IMG/VR virus record: IMGVR_UViG_3300037067_008064
Span: 128,001 to 192,000 of that record
DNA length: 64,000 bases
Direction: 5' to 3' (one strand)
Origin: a virus
Lineage: Duplodnaviria > Heunggongvirae > Uroviricota > Caudoviricetes
Part shown: positions 1 to 9,274 of the stretch, piece after piece
How the letters are laid out: each line of letters opens with the position of its first letter
Numbering within the stretch: position 1 is the stretch's first letter
The notes under the pieces: generated by a model
Seen by the model: the letters and a program-made list of their open reading frames with translations, nothing else
Told to the model about the DNA's origin: nothing
Database searches by the model: none
Made by a program: the position numbers and the translations under genes

Positions 1-195
1 ATCTTGTCCTAAGCTTCCATAAATTCTATGATTAGTAACTAATTCTTTAAATGAATCATAGTTTTGAATAGAATCCTTAGTATAAATTCTACCATTTAAA
101 TTTGGCTTATCAGAAAATGGAATTACTAAACCTTCTAATATAATAGATTTCTTTGGTGGTTCTTTATAATGTTGAGATGTTTTTTTCTTTTTCAT
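1..195 (-). CDS. Partial prohead-protease (T4 gp21)-like protein, runs off the window edge
   Basis: Own translation from the ATG at 195: MKKKKTSQHYKEPPKKSIILEGLVIPFSDKPNLNGRIYTKDSIQNYDSFKELVTNHRIYGSLGQD. ILEG...NxNGRIY matches the gp21 family, but GELDHP is replaced by GSLGQD. Confidence 0.55.
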   Translation of the reverse strand, partial: MKKKKTSQHYKEPPKKSIILEGLVIPFSDKPNLNGRIYTKDSIQNYDSFKELVTNHRIYGSLGQD

Positions 196-392
196 TTTTC
201 ATTTTTAAAAATAAGACTCCAATAATATTTGAGACCAGCCCATATACTTTTAAACTTAATTACTATAATTATTGTAAATAATATTAATGCAATATATACT
301 GGTTTTAAAATTAAACCTAATACTAATGCAGCTATAAATATTACAACTGCTAAAATTAATGCTTTCCAAAAATCTTTTACTACTGTATTCAT
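192..392 (-). CDS. Small membrane protein (2 TM)
   Basis: Two long hydrophobic segments; late-type promoter at 410-418. Confidence 0.6.
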   Translation of the reverse strand: MNTVVKDFWKALILAVVIFIAALVLGLILKPVYIALILFTIIIVIKFKSIWAGLKYYWSLIFKNEK

Positions 393-409
393 TTTAATTG
401 ATTATTTTA

Positions 410-694
410 TTATATATTCTCAAATTCCCATAGATGGTTTTCTACCTCGTACTGGGTATATTTTAGTTTTTTAATATATTTCCTTTGCTCAAGTTCATAA
501 ATGTCTTCAGTGAAGTCTGAGGCTATTCTGCAACGTGTTTTTAAGGAAGCTTCTTTAATGTTAAAAATTCCATCATATCTTTTTTCTGAATCTAAAAAAT
601 TAACAATTTCAAAAAATAAATCCTCATACGTTGGATTATCAATAATATTAATTAAGTTTTTAACTTTTACAATATTTTTATTAATTAACTTCAT
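410..694 (-). CDS. Hypothetical protein, possible winged-helix
   Basis: Overlaps the uvsX stop; C-terminal IYELEQRKYIKKLKYTQYEV resembles a wHTH. Confidence 0.5.
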   Translation of the reverse strand: MKLINKNIVKVKNLINIIDNPTYEDLFFEIVNFLDSEKRYDGIFNIKEASLKTRCRIASDFTEDIYELEQRKYIKKLKYTQYEVENHLWEFENI

Positions 695-2096
695 TTACTT
701 CTGTTTCAACTATTTCTGGGACACCTGTTAAATCAACTTCTTCTTCACCACCGAGTTCATCACTTATTTCTTTTAAATCTTCAAGTGATTCTATGTCTGG
801 TAACATAAATGCTGGTTTAATAATCTTTTCATCCAATTCATGTAATATTTCTTGTGTAAATACTTTTTCTGTAAATAATTCGGTTAAAGAAATTTCACCA
901 CCTAAATGTCTACAAACTAAAGTTCTTGAACTATCTTTTGGATAAGCATATCTAGTTCCATCATCTCCTTTAGATAATCCTTCAATAAGAATTAAAAATT
1001 GATGACATTTCTTTTGTTCTTTTGTATCTAATTTAAGATATTCTTTTTCAGTTAAACATTTTCCTCTTACAATTCCACATGAATCCCACGTTACAAAATT
1101 TTCTAATCCTACAAATGGATTTGGTTTTTTATAAAATGGAATATGAATTTTTGCTTTAATAGTTCTTGCAAACCTTTGTTTAAGTGGGGTAACAGTAATC
1201 GTAATGCCTACTTTAGTAGCTTCAATGCCGGCTTTATTTAATTCGGCTTTTTTCTTATCGTCAACCAATTGAGATTTAGTTAACATATTAATTATTGATG
1301 CATTATATAAAATTCCACCACCACCGGATACTTGTTTACCAGGGATATAAGAACCTACTTTTTCATATACGTGATTATTAACAATAAAAGGAATACCAAA
1401 CATAGATAAATCTAATCCAACAACTCTAAATAAAGCTCTAATATTTTGTTGTTTAGTCATATCTCTTTTATCACTTCCTGATATAGCATCAGCCATTTCT
1501 TTTTCAGTAGTTGTATTTCCTAATGAGTCAAAAATAATCATTACCTTAGGAATAGCTTTTCCTGCTTTTTTCATTGCTTTAAATTCATTTAGCATCTTAG
1601 CAATATAATGCATAAATTCACTTACTGTATGAATAGGTTCAATACGAACATATTTAGGATCAACACCTAATCTTCTACAAAATTCAGGATCCATAGAACC
1701 TTCAGTATCAAAATAAATTGGAATATATCCCATGGGAATTCCATTTCTTGCAATACTTAAAGATAAATAAGTTTTTCCTGAACCTTCTTCACCCGCCCAA
1801 ACTAAAGAACGATTATTAGGCATACCCCCAAAAATTGAACCACTTATACAAGCATTTAATATATAAATACCTGTAGAAATAAATTCTGCTATTTTGGCAT
1901 ATTTACAAACATCAAGTACGTCTCCATCTTCTGAAAACTTACTTAATATGTTATTTAAATCACTAAAATTTTTTTGAAAATCTTTACCGACTGTTGGTAT
2001 AGTGGAAGGAATTTTAGGTTCCTTTAATTCTTTTTGTTTTACTTCTTTAACTGGTTTGTCTGCCTTTGCAGTTTTAATAGGTTTTTTCTTTATCAT
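681..2096 (-). CDS. uvsX: RecA-like recombinase UvsX
   Basis: Walker A AGEEGSGKT, YFDTEGS, Walker B IIFDSLG, SGGGGILY. Confidence 0.95.
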   Translation of the reverse strand: MIKKKPIKTAKADKPVKEVKQKELKEPKIPSTIPTVGKDFQKNFSDLNNILSKFSEDGDVLDVCKYAKIAEFISTGIYILNACISGSIFGGMPNNRSLVWAGEEGSGKTYLSLSIARNGIPMGYIPIYFDTEGSMDPEFCRRLGVDPKYVRIEPIHTVSEFMHYIAKMLNEFKAMKKAGKAIPKVMIIFDSLGNTTTEKEMADAISGSDKRDMTKQQNIRALFRVVGLDLSMFGIPFIVNNHVYEKVGSYIPGKQVSGGGGILYNASIINMLTKSQLVDDKKKAELNKAGIEATKVGITITVTPLKQRFARTIKAKIHIPFYKKPNPFVGLENFVTWDSCGIVRGKCLTEKEYLKLDTKEQKKCHQFLILIEGLSKGDDGTRYAYPKDSSRTLVCRHLGGEISLTELFTEKVFTQEILHELDEKIIKPAFMLPDIESLEDLKEISDELGGEEEVDLTGVPEIVETEVNEVN

Positions 2097-2114
2097 AAAA
2101 TAATTAATTTTATT

Positions 2115-2143
2115 TTTATAAGAAAAATAAGGCAGAAAGTTTT
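2115..2143 (-). promoter_or_regulatory. Candidate middle-type promoter AAAACTT-N16-TATAAA
   Basis: Same motif and similar spacing at 9255, 23917, 31413 and 49319. Confidence 0.5.
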
Positions 2144-3203
2144 ATTCTTGACGTTTTATTATTTTATCTACATGTAAGGTACTACCAGGACTATACCCAA
2201 AATAAAATTCATATTGAGGATTTTTTTTCTTAAGTCTTGAATACATTTTTCTAAGCTTAGGTAAAAAATCTTCTAATTCATATTCAATAATAGTTTGTAA
2301 ATATGTTTCTGAAGAATCTGATAAATAAAATTTATTAGTTTTTTCCCATCGTGTCCACAAAAGTACATCAAAGTTTTTTGCTGGGTCATATATTCTAGTA
2401 TCATTATTCCACTTTAGAAAATTATTTTCTTTCAACCACTTTCCAATAGAACCATGTAAATAATTAGCATTGTCACACACATATAAATCACCTTCTTTAT
2501 CACTAATACCTCTTATATCACCTTGCATATTTTTAATAGAATTTGGATTTTTATAAAAATTTGTTGGTTCATCAACATTTTTAAATCCTTCTCTATCTTC
2601 AATTCCTAAAAATTCCTCACAAAGATATTGGTGATAACTTTCTAACGTGCCATAAATTTTTTTAATTTCTTCTTGGCTTTTTGTAACAATATCTTCATCA
2701 TTGTTCCAAGAAAAATCATACTGAATTGGTTTTTCTTTTATTTTAACATGATATTGTTGAGATAATTTTAATATACTAGATCTTAAAAATTTCCAGCCTT
2801 TAATTGAATATCCACTTAAATATAAAATTTCATTTGGGTATGTTTCTGAAAAATATTTAAATAACACATTATTTAAATTGGTTGCTATTCCTTGATTATA
2901 ATAATCTTTATTAGTTGATGTATATGAAACAGCATAATGTTTATCAAATTCATAATATGAAAATTTACAAATTCCTAAAATATCTTTGTGATTATAAGCA
3001 ACAATAAATCGGCATGCATCAATATATTTTTTTGGAGCCCACATTGGTGAAAAATCATCCCAATCAAAATACTCAAATTTGGCTTTTAAATCATATACTG
3101 TAGTATCATGATAAATTTCAGGTGGGGCAAAATGGTTATAAAAGAAATCTGCGAATTCGTCGATTGTAAATATTTCAATTTTATAATTACTTACGTTTAA
3201 CAC
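2142..3203 (-). CDS. GNAT acetyltransferase domain fused to an unknown second module
   Basis: VSYTSTNKDYYNQGIATNL is an acetyl-CoA-binding motif A; linker TLESYHQYLCEE. Confidence 0.65.
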   Translation of the reverse strand: MLNVSNYKIEIFTIDEFADFFYNHFAPPEIYHDTTVYDLKAKFEYFDWDDFSPMWAPKKYIDACRFIVAYNHKDILGICKFSYYEFDKHYAVSYTSTNKDYYNQGIATNLNNVLFKYFSETYPNEILYLSGYSIKGWKFLRSSILKLSQQYHVKIKEKPIQYDFSWNNDEDIVTKSQEEIKKIYGTLESYHQYLCEEFLGIEDREGFKNVDEPTNFYKNPNSIKNMQGDIRGISDKEGDLYVCDNANYLHGSIGKWLKENNFLKWNNDTRIYDPAKNFDVLLWTRWEKTNKFYLSDSSETYLQTIIEYELEDFLPKLRKMYSRLKKKNPQYEFYFGYSPGSTLHVDKIIKRQE

Positions 3204-3563
3204 TTACTTTAATAATCTTTTTAAATTATATTTTTTAATAAAATATAAAAAATATTTTCTATCAAGCTCTAATGATAAAACATATAAATCTTTATTTGTT
3301 TTATTTTCTTGCATATCTGATAACCAAATTTCTATACACTCATCATCTGGAAATGTTTTATAAATATATCTAAAATGATAAAACCCATTCCATTTTTTAA
3401 ACATATTTAATAATTCAAAAAAAGTTTTATTTACAGGTTTTCTTATCCATTCAGTTTGTGGCATTATTTCTGTATGAATTTTAAAAGCTTTAGATTTAGC
3501 TTCTAACATTAAATTAATAATGTCTTCTTTATTATCGGTATAATAAAATAATTTTTCGTACAT
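3204..3563 (-). CDS. Hypothetical protein
   Basis: Tightly packed ORF in the operon. Confidence 0.6.
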   Translation of the reverse strand: MYEKLFYYTDNKEDIINLMLEAKSKAFKIHTEIMPQTEWIRKPVNKTFFELLNMFKKWNGFYHFRYIYKTFPDDECIEIWLSDMQENKTNKDLYVLSLELDRKYFLYFIKKYNLKRLLK

Positions 3564-3973
3564 TATGTTAAATATTTTAACATTGACTTAAATCTCCAAA
3601 GTATTCTTTTTTCTGCTTCCCTTTTATCAACAAATCCAGCCCAATCAACTTCTTCTTTTTGTAATTTAGATTTATCAATAACTATATTTTCTGTTTTAAC
3701 AATGTAATAATATACTTTTTTAAATAATTCATTATCACTGTTTATATAATCAATTGTATATATTTTAGGCCATACCCATTGTTTAGGAATTTCAATTCCT
3801 ACTTCTTCTTTAGTTTCTCTAATAGCCGCATCAATTACATCTTCTCCTTCTTCTACAATGCCTTTTGGAATACCATATGTACCCCACCATTTAGAACCGG
3901 TAGGGTGACACAATAAAATTTTATTATCTTGAATTATTAATAATCCAGCCGATATAATAATTTCATCAACCAT
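3563..3973 (-). CDS. NUDIX hydrolase
   Basis: Nudix box GIVEEGEDVIDAAIRETKEEVG. Confidence 0.95.
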   Translation of the reverse strand: MVDEIIISAGLLIIQDNKILLCHPTGSKWWGTYGIPKGIVEEGEDVIDAAIRETKEEVGIEIPKQWVWPKIYTIDYINSDNELFKKVYYYIVKTENIVIDKSKLQKEEVDWAGFVDKREAEKRILWRFKSMLKYLT

Positions 3974-3978
3974 TTTTA

Positions 3979-4263
3979 TTATGCGGTTTCAACCCAAATT
4001 CTTAAATCATCACACAAATCATAAAATGTTTGCCAATTGTAATCCCAATCTTCTTCATCTTCTGAATCTTTAAGATATTCTATACAATCTTCAATTTGCA
4101 TAATATCGTTTTCATCATCTATAATTCCATTCGATATCATTTCATCTAAAGCATCTTTTAATTTTGGCATAACAGCTTCTTTAAATTCTTCAAAATCTAA
4201 ATGTTCTTCATTAAATTCTTCAAATTCAGAAGATAAATCTATTTTATAAATCCATTTTCCCAT
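3979..4263 (-). CDS. Acidic hypothetical protein
   Basis: Packed ORF, D/E rich. Confidence 0.6.
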   Translation of the reverse strand: MGKWIYKIDLSSEFEEFNEEHLDFEEFKEAVMPKLKDALDEMISNGIIDDENDIMQIEDCIEYLKDSEDEEDWDYNWQTFYDLCDDLRIWVETA

Positions 4264-4264
4264 A

Positions 4265-4477
4265 TTATTCTATTATTTTATTATTTGGTGATTCAAAATA
4301 TGTAGTAAGCATTTCCATTGCTTCTTTAAATTTTTCTTCATCACTAATTATTTCTTCGTGGCCTATATTATCTAATGCAAATTCAGTAAGTTCTGGAATT
4401 TCTTCTTTTCCTTTATAAGGATAATCTTTAAAATGTAAATTAATACAATTATCTAGTTCAATTTTCCAATCTTCCAT
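4265..4477 (-). CDS. Hypothetical protein
   Basis: Packed ORF; late motif at 4490-4498. Confidence 0.6.
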   Translation of the reverse strand: MEDWKIELDNCINLHFKDYPYKGKEEIPELTEFALDNIGHEEIISDEEKFKEAMEMLTTYFESPNNKIIE

Positions 4478-4503
4478 AATATTTTTTTATTATATATTTA
4501 ATT

Positions 4504-5676
4504 TTAAAAAAGTGATTTCGCATAAATTAATTGTGATGGTACTTCAGGCAATCCAAGAATAGTAACAAATCTATTTAATGGATTAATAATAATGGTTTCA
4601 AACTGTAAATCATAATTAATTTCTGGGCCTATTTCATATGGGAAATTATTTGGTAAAAAAGCAAAAACTTCAGAATTATCTTTAGTGTAATACCATTTAA
4701 CTTTATCACCTGATTTAATTAATTTATATTTGGATTTAAGCTTAGAATTTAACAATTTATTATTATATACAGCCGAACCTCTATTATGAACCGGACATTT
4801 ATCTGCTAAAAGTATTCTTTTTCTATCTTCTAAAACATATTTTTCATAATCTGATAACGTAACTGTTTTAGAAATATCATCTGGTGGTTGTAGAATAAAT
4901 TCATTTTTATATTTTTTAAGTTCTTTAATTAAAAGACTATAATCTAAATCTTTTTTATATTTAAAAATGAGGTTCATTAATTCTTTTAAAACTTTTCTTG
5001 CAAATTTAGGTGTTGAACCTTGTTGAATTTCAATCCCAATATATTTAATTTTTTCTTGTTGTTGAAATATAATACTCGGTTCTTTCCATGCTAAATCCAA
5101 AATGTATTTTTTCTTTGCTACCATTAATGCAGAATAAGCAATTTTTTCTAATTCTAATTCTTGTCTATTTTTTGAATTAAAAGATTTTGCATATTCTTCA
5201 AAACATTTATTAAGATAAGGTTCTAATCTTAATGCTTTAATTTTTAAAAGAAATTCAATAGGGTCACCTTTAATATCACATGATGCAATTACTGGAGCCA
5301 TTGTAATATAAATAGAATCAGTATCTCCATAAATTACAACAGTTTTTTGGGTTATTTTATTTGCATATGTCAATCCCAATTCCTTATGAAGGGCTTTATC
5401 TAAATGCCACATATTAAGAAAATAATAATCTAATGATTGACGAGCAAATCTACTTATATCTTGTCCTTGAAGGGTAACAGCTTCAGCGGCATATATATTA
5501 TACCCATCAAAATATGGGGATGCAAGAGCACCGTAAATTGAATTAATAAATACTTTAACTGATTGTTCAGTTCCAAAATATTCTTCTTTTATATTATTAA
5601 TTCTTTCAATTTCTTTTTCTAATTCTTCAATAGTACAATTGTAAGGATCTATTTTTGTTAATTCAAAGTTAAACAT
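4504..5676 (-). CDS. Family B DNA polymerase, C-terminal half (gp43B-like: second finger helix, palm, thumb)
   Basis: Motif B KVFINSIYG, motif C YGDTDS, KKKY, KYIGIE; ends KSLF (clamp-binding-like). Confidence 0.93.
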   Translation of the reverse strand: MFNFELTKIDPYNCTIEELEKEIERINNIKEEYFGTEQSVKVFINSIYGALASPYFDGYNIYAAEAVTLQGQDISRFARQSLDYYFLNMWHLDKALHKELGLTYANKITQKTVVIYGDTDSIYITMAPVIASCDIKGDPIEFLLKIKALRLEPYLNKCFEEYAKSFNSKNRQELELEKIAYSALMVAKKKYILDLAWKEPSIIFQQQEKIKYIGIEIQQGSTPKFARKVLKELMNLIFKYKKDLDYSLLIKELKKYKNEFILQPPDDISKTVTLSDYEKYVLEDRKRILLADKCPVHNRGSAVYNNKLLNSKLKSKYKLIKSGDKVKWYYTKDNSEVFAFLPNNFPYEIGPEINYDLQFETIIINPLNRFVTILGLPEVPSQLIYAKSLF

Positions 5677-5705
5677 AGTAAAGGTTTAATCTATTATATG
5701 AATTT

Positions 5706-5975
5706 TTAATGATTAAGATTTTGTACAATGTACTGTATTTTTCCATAAACAGAAGGAGAATTAAAATTTGGTTCATAGAATTTTTTAACAAATCTTGCCC
5801 ATAACATTTCTGGACTATCAGCATATATAAATTCACCACTTTTATCTGGAACTGGTATTCTATAATTGGCTACAGCACTTAGTATTGGTTCATTCATTAT
5901 ATTTCGTGCTTGGTCAATAAAAAAATTCCAAGCTTCTGGGTATAATTCACTATTTGATTGTCTCTTTTCTTTCAT
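5706..5975 (-). CDS. Hypothetical protein
   Basis: ORF track. Confidence 0.55.
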   Translation of the reverse strand: MKEKRQSNSELYPEAWNFFIDQARNIMNEPILSAVANYRIPVPDKSGEFIYADSPEMLWARFVKKFYEPNFNSPSVYGKIQYIVQNLNH

Positions 5976-6043
5976 CTCTCATAAATAAAATTATCATAGT
6001 ACGTAATATAACAATTAATTAAAAATGTTTTTAAAGATGCAGG

Positions 6044-7906
6044 TTAAAGTTTGTTAAATAATCTAGGATAAAAACTTTCAGTGGTTACTAGCTCTTTTTG
6101 TTTTTTAAGTTCTAATCTTTTTTGTTTAGTTCTTTCGCTAGATTTTTTACTTGACATTTTCTTTTGTTCTATCTTACGAGTTTGAGATTCTTCAAAATCT
6201 TTTTCTAATTCTTGAATAACAAAATCATATAAATTAAATTTCTTAGCTATATCAGATATAGCTATTTTTTCTTCTTTAGTTTTAGCATCATCAATTTCTT
6301 TTTGAATAGCATTTTTCCAATCATCATATCCTCTTTTTCCAACATCGGCTTTATCTTTTAATAAATCACTTTCAATAATATTAACACCGGCTTGTGATAT
6401 CTTAGCAAAAGAAAATTGTGAACCATCAGCAATATATATTTTTTTTCTTCTAAAAACAATAAATTTATCTAATCCTTCTCTTTCAAAGTAATCTATTGGC
6501 ATTTCTTTAATATCTTCATCTAATTGATTTGGGTTTTTAACGTACGGTAAATTCTTTAATAATGTTATCATTTCAGTTATATCTTCATCTGATTTAACTT
6601 CAATCATATCTCCAACTTGTAATTCACCTTTTTCAACAGGTTCAATTAATATGGTATCTGGTTTTACATCTGGGCCTTGTAATGTTGCCATTGTAAATTG
6701 ATCTTCAGTTTGTGAAATACCTTTTGTTGTAAATTCATTTGCTAAATAATACCATAATTTTAACATGTTCCATCTTTCTTTCCCTATTTCACCACCAGCA
6801 ACTCCACCAAAAACAGCTTTAGGATGATCTAATTCATCATCAATTAAGTTTAACCACGTTTCATATAAATAATCTCCGGTAATTGATTGTAGTGAATCTC
6901 CATATTTTTCATAAATTTCTTGAGCAACTCTTATAGTTTCTTGAATATTTTTCCAGAATTGAAAACGTGTAACTTTTCCACCAGTTCCTAATCTAATAAC
7001 ACCTGCTTCAGCTTTTTTTGAACATCTTTCTACAGATGAACAATCTGAACCCATTACATATTCTTTAACTTCATATTTAATATCACCAATTTTTAAATCA
7101 AATGATTCACTTCCACCAGAAACTCTAGAATCATTAGTCATGTAAAGCAATAAAATTTCTCCTCTACCTAAACCTGCAGCTTTAATAATAAACAACGCAT
7201 TTAAAAAAGTACCATCTTTTAAAATTTTACTTTGATATAGATCTGAATTGGTTAATTGATTAACATCTGTTAAAAAGTGAATATATTCTAACATATCCTT
7301 TTTCCATGATTCAATTAATGATTTATCAAAGTTAAAAGGTTGACCCATAAATTTAGTAGAAATAGAACCTCCTTTATTGGTTATAACTTTATTCATAATA
7401 GTAAATAAATTATTCAAAGGAATTTTAACTTCTCCTCCTGGAATTGAATCTATAAATATTTGAAATTCATTTCCTTTATTATTTTCATTAAAAAATGCTT
7501 TTAATTCTTCTGATACTTCAAAATTTCTATCTTCATCCCCACCTTTTTCTTCATTATATTGTTTAAGTTCAACATTATGTTTTTGTACTTGTTCCTTCCA
7601 AAATTCATTATAAGTAACATCGATATTAGGTTCAGTTCCTGATAATAATTCATCAATATTATATCCTTGTTGTTCTAAGAAATTAAATAAATCTGCTCTA
7701 TAATTTGATTTAGGAAATTTCTTTAAATTTTTTAATTCATCAATAGATATTTTATCTGTTGCTTTTTTATTTCCGACTTTTAATATACGGTCGGCATTTA
7801 ATTTATCAAATAAAATTACTTCTGAATCTCTTCCTACAACTATTTTGGGTGGTGTAGAACCCTCGTTAATAAAATTATAAAGACGTGGATAAAAACTTTT
7901 ATTCAT
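6044..7906 (-). CDS. Large protein with a putative PD-(D/E)xK nuclease core
   Basis: GRGEILL...SFDLKIGDIKYEVKE fits E...D...ExK; SFYPRL at both termini; late promoter at 7918. Confidence 0.55.
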   Translation of the reverse strand: MNKSFYPRLYNFINEGSTPPKIVVGRDSEVILFDKLNADRILKVGNKKATDKISIDELKNLKKFPKSNYRADLFNFLEQQGYNIDELLSGTEPNIDVTYNEFWKEQVQKHNVELKQYNEEKGGDEDRNFEVSEELKAFFNENNKGNEFQIFIDSIPGGEVKIPLNNLFTIMNKVITNKGGSISTKFMGQPFNFDKSLIESWKKDMLEYIHFLTDVNQLTNSDLYQSKILKDGTFLNALFIIKAAGLGRGEILLLYMTNDSRVSGGSESFDLKIGDIKYEVKEYVMGSDCSSVERCSKKAEAGVIRLGTGGKVTRFQFWKNIQETIRVAQEIYEKYGDSLQSITGDYLYETWLNLIDDELDHPKAVFGGVAGGEIGKERWNMLKLWYYLANEFTTKGISQTEDQFTMATLQGPDVKPDTILIEPVEKGELQVGDMIEVKSDEDITEMITLLKNLPYVKNPNQLDEDIKEMPIDYFEREGLDKFIVFRRKKIYIADGSQFSFAKISQAGVNIIESDLLKDKADVGKRGYDDWKNAIQKEIDDAKTKEEKIAISDIAKKFNLYDFVIQELEKDFEESQTRKIEQKKMSSKKSSERTKQKRLELKKQKELVTTESFYPRLFNKL

Positions 7907-7917
7907 ATTGTTTTTTA

Positions 7918-7927
7918 TTTATATATT
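7918..7927 (-). promoter_or_regulatory. Late-type promoter AATATATAAA(TA) (representative copy)
   Basis: Recurs upstream of about 20 genes; with the adjacent TA it contains the T4 late consensus TATAAATA. Confidence 0.7.
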
Positions 7928-7933
7928 TACACT

Positions 7934-7959
7934 AAAAAAGCGGAGATAATCCGCTTTTT
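7934..7959. terminator. Intrinsic terminator
   Basis: aaaaagcgga-gataa-tccgcttttt hairpin with U-tracts on both strands. Confidence 0.85.
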
Positions 7960-7983
7960 AATTTTCTTATATTTATTGTGATA

Positions 7984-8391
7984 TTAAATCTTTGGAACAA
8001 CAGAAGAATGGTGCTCAATAATTTCCCAACTTCCGTAACTATTTTTATATGCAAAAGTAAATCTAGCAACTATTTCTATTTTTTTATTATTTTCAATCCA
8101 TGAAAAAGTATATGTTCCGGAATTAATTGCTATATCACCATAAAATCTTATAATAAAATCATTATTAAATTTAACATCCAATTCTTCTTTTTTCATTAGA
8201 TGTTCAAAATAATTTTTAATAAATTCTTTTTCATTTACAATGCTTGTTGCGAAAGTACCTATTAAAACTGCTTTATCATTGTATAATCTAATAATAGAAT
8301 CTATATATTTAGAACGAAGTGCATAAGCCCAGTCATTGCATGCGCTTACTATTTGTGTTTTTTTAATGTCTTCTGTTAGTGTTGTAATCAT
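7984..8391 (-). CDS. SnoaL/NTF2-like (DUF4440, CaMKII association domain-like) protein
   Basis: LYNDKAVLIGT...SGTYTF...ARFTFAY...WEIIEHHSS. Confidence 0.8.
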   Translation of the reverse strand: MITTLTEDIKKTQIVSACNDWAYALRSKYIDSIIRLYNDKAVLIGTFATSIVNEKEFIKNYFEHLMKKEELDVKFNNDFIIRFYGDIAINSGTYTFSWIENNKKIEIVARFTFAYKNSYGSWEIIEHHSSVVPKI

Positions 8392-8396
8392 ATAAA

Positions 8397-9212
8397 TTAA
8401 TCTAAAAATTTCATTTCATCCATTTGTTTATCTTCTTGATCAGTTTTTTCAACCATTGATAATACAGTAAATAATTCACTGTCTGTTGATTTAAATATCA
8501 TTCTATCTTCACCTAACATGACTTTATAATTTTCACTATCTATATTTTGGAATTGTTCTTTAAATAAGTCTATTCCTCCATTAGGTTTATTATTAGAATT
8601 AATATCTTCCGTTATTTTATGATTAAAATATTTATCATTAACTAAAATAAAAGTATTATCTTTTGAAAATCTAATAAATTTATCATCGTTTAAATTACAT
8701 AATGAATTAATTTTATCAATGTTCTTAGTTGTTAATGGAAATTCTGCAATTACATCTGTTATTGCTATTTTATTTAAAAATAATTCATCAGAAATATATT
8801 TAAAAATACTTAATGGTGTACATTCAATTAAAAAATTTAAGTCATTATTATTTTTTATAATAATTGAAATACCGGCAAAATCTATTACATCACCTTTAAC
8901 TTCATCATAATTAAGTACAATTTTATATTCATCTGAACCAAATAAGTCTAATATTTTAATTAATCTTGGAACATGATATATACCAACTTTTATACGTACT
9001 GGTTTTTTTGAAGCCTTTGTTAATAAACCAGAATCTTCAAATCCTAGTTTTGAATATTTAACAATTGAACGTTCTTCATTATATGTTTTTGCAATAAATG
9101 ACATTGTAGCTTCATCTATTTCTAATAATAAACTATTATCAATTGAAAATCTTTTAAGCCATGAAATAAAAGGCTTACCGTTTTTTACATTAAATTCTAT
9201 TTTGTTTGCCAT
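8397..9212 (-). CDS. Probable DNA sliding clamp (gp45-like)
   Basis: Size, beta-rich pattern, VGIYHVPRLIKIL resembles gp45 FGIYDLxxFL; replication context. Confidence 0.55.
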   Translation of the reverse strand: MANKIEFNVKNGKPFISWLKRFSIDNSLLLEIDEATMSFIAKTYNEERSIVKYSKLGFEDSGLLTKASKKPVRIKVGIYHVPRLIKILDLFGSDEYKIVLNYDEVKGDVIDFAGISIIIKNNNDLNFLIECTPLSIFKYISDELFLNKIAITDVIAEFPLTTKNIDKINSLCNLNDDKFIRFSKDNTFILVNDKYFNHKITEDINSNNKPNGGIDLFKEQFQNIDSENYKVMLGEDRMIFKSTDSELFTVLSMVEKTDQEDKQMDEMKFLD

Positions 9213-9274
9213 AAATTATTATGTGTTTAAGTATTTTATAATGAATATGGAAAGAAGTTTTAATTTTTTATATT

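Noticed and set aside
39-66. Apparent frameshift in the gp21-like ORF
   Set aside because: Re-reading shows the frame open from 195 to the window edge
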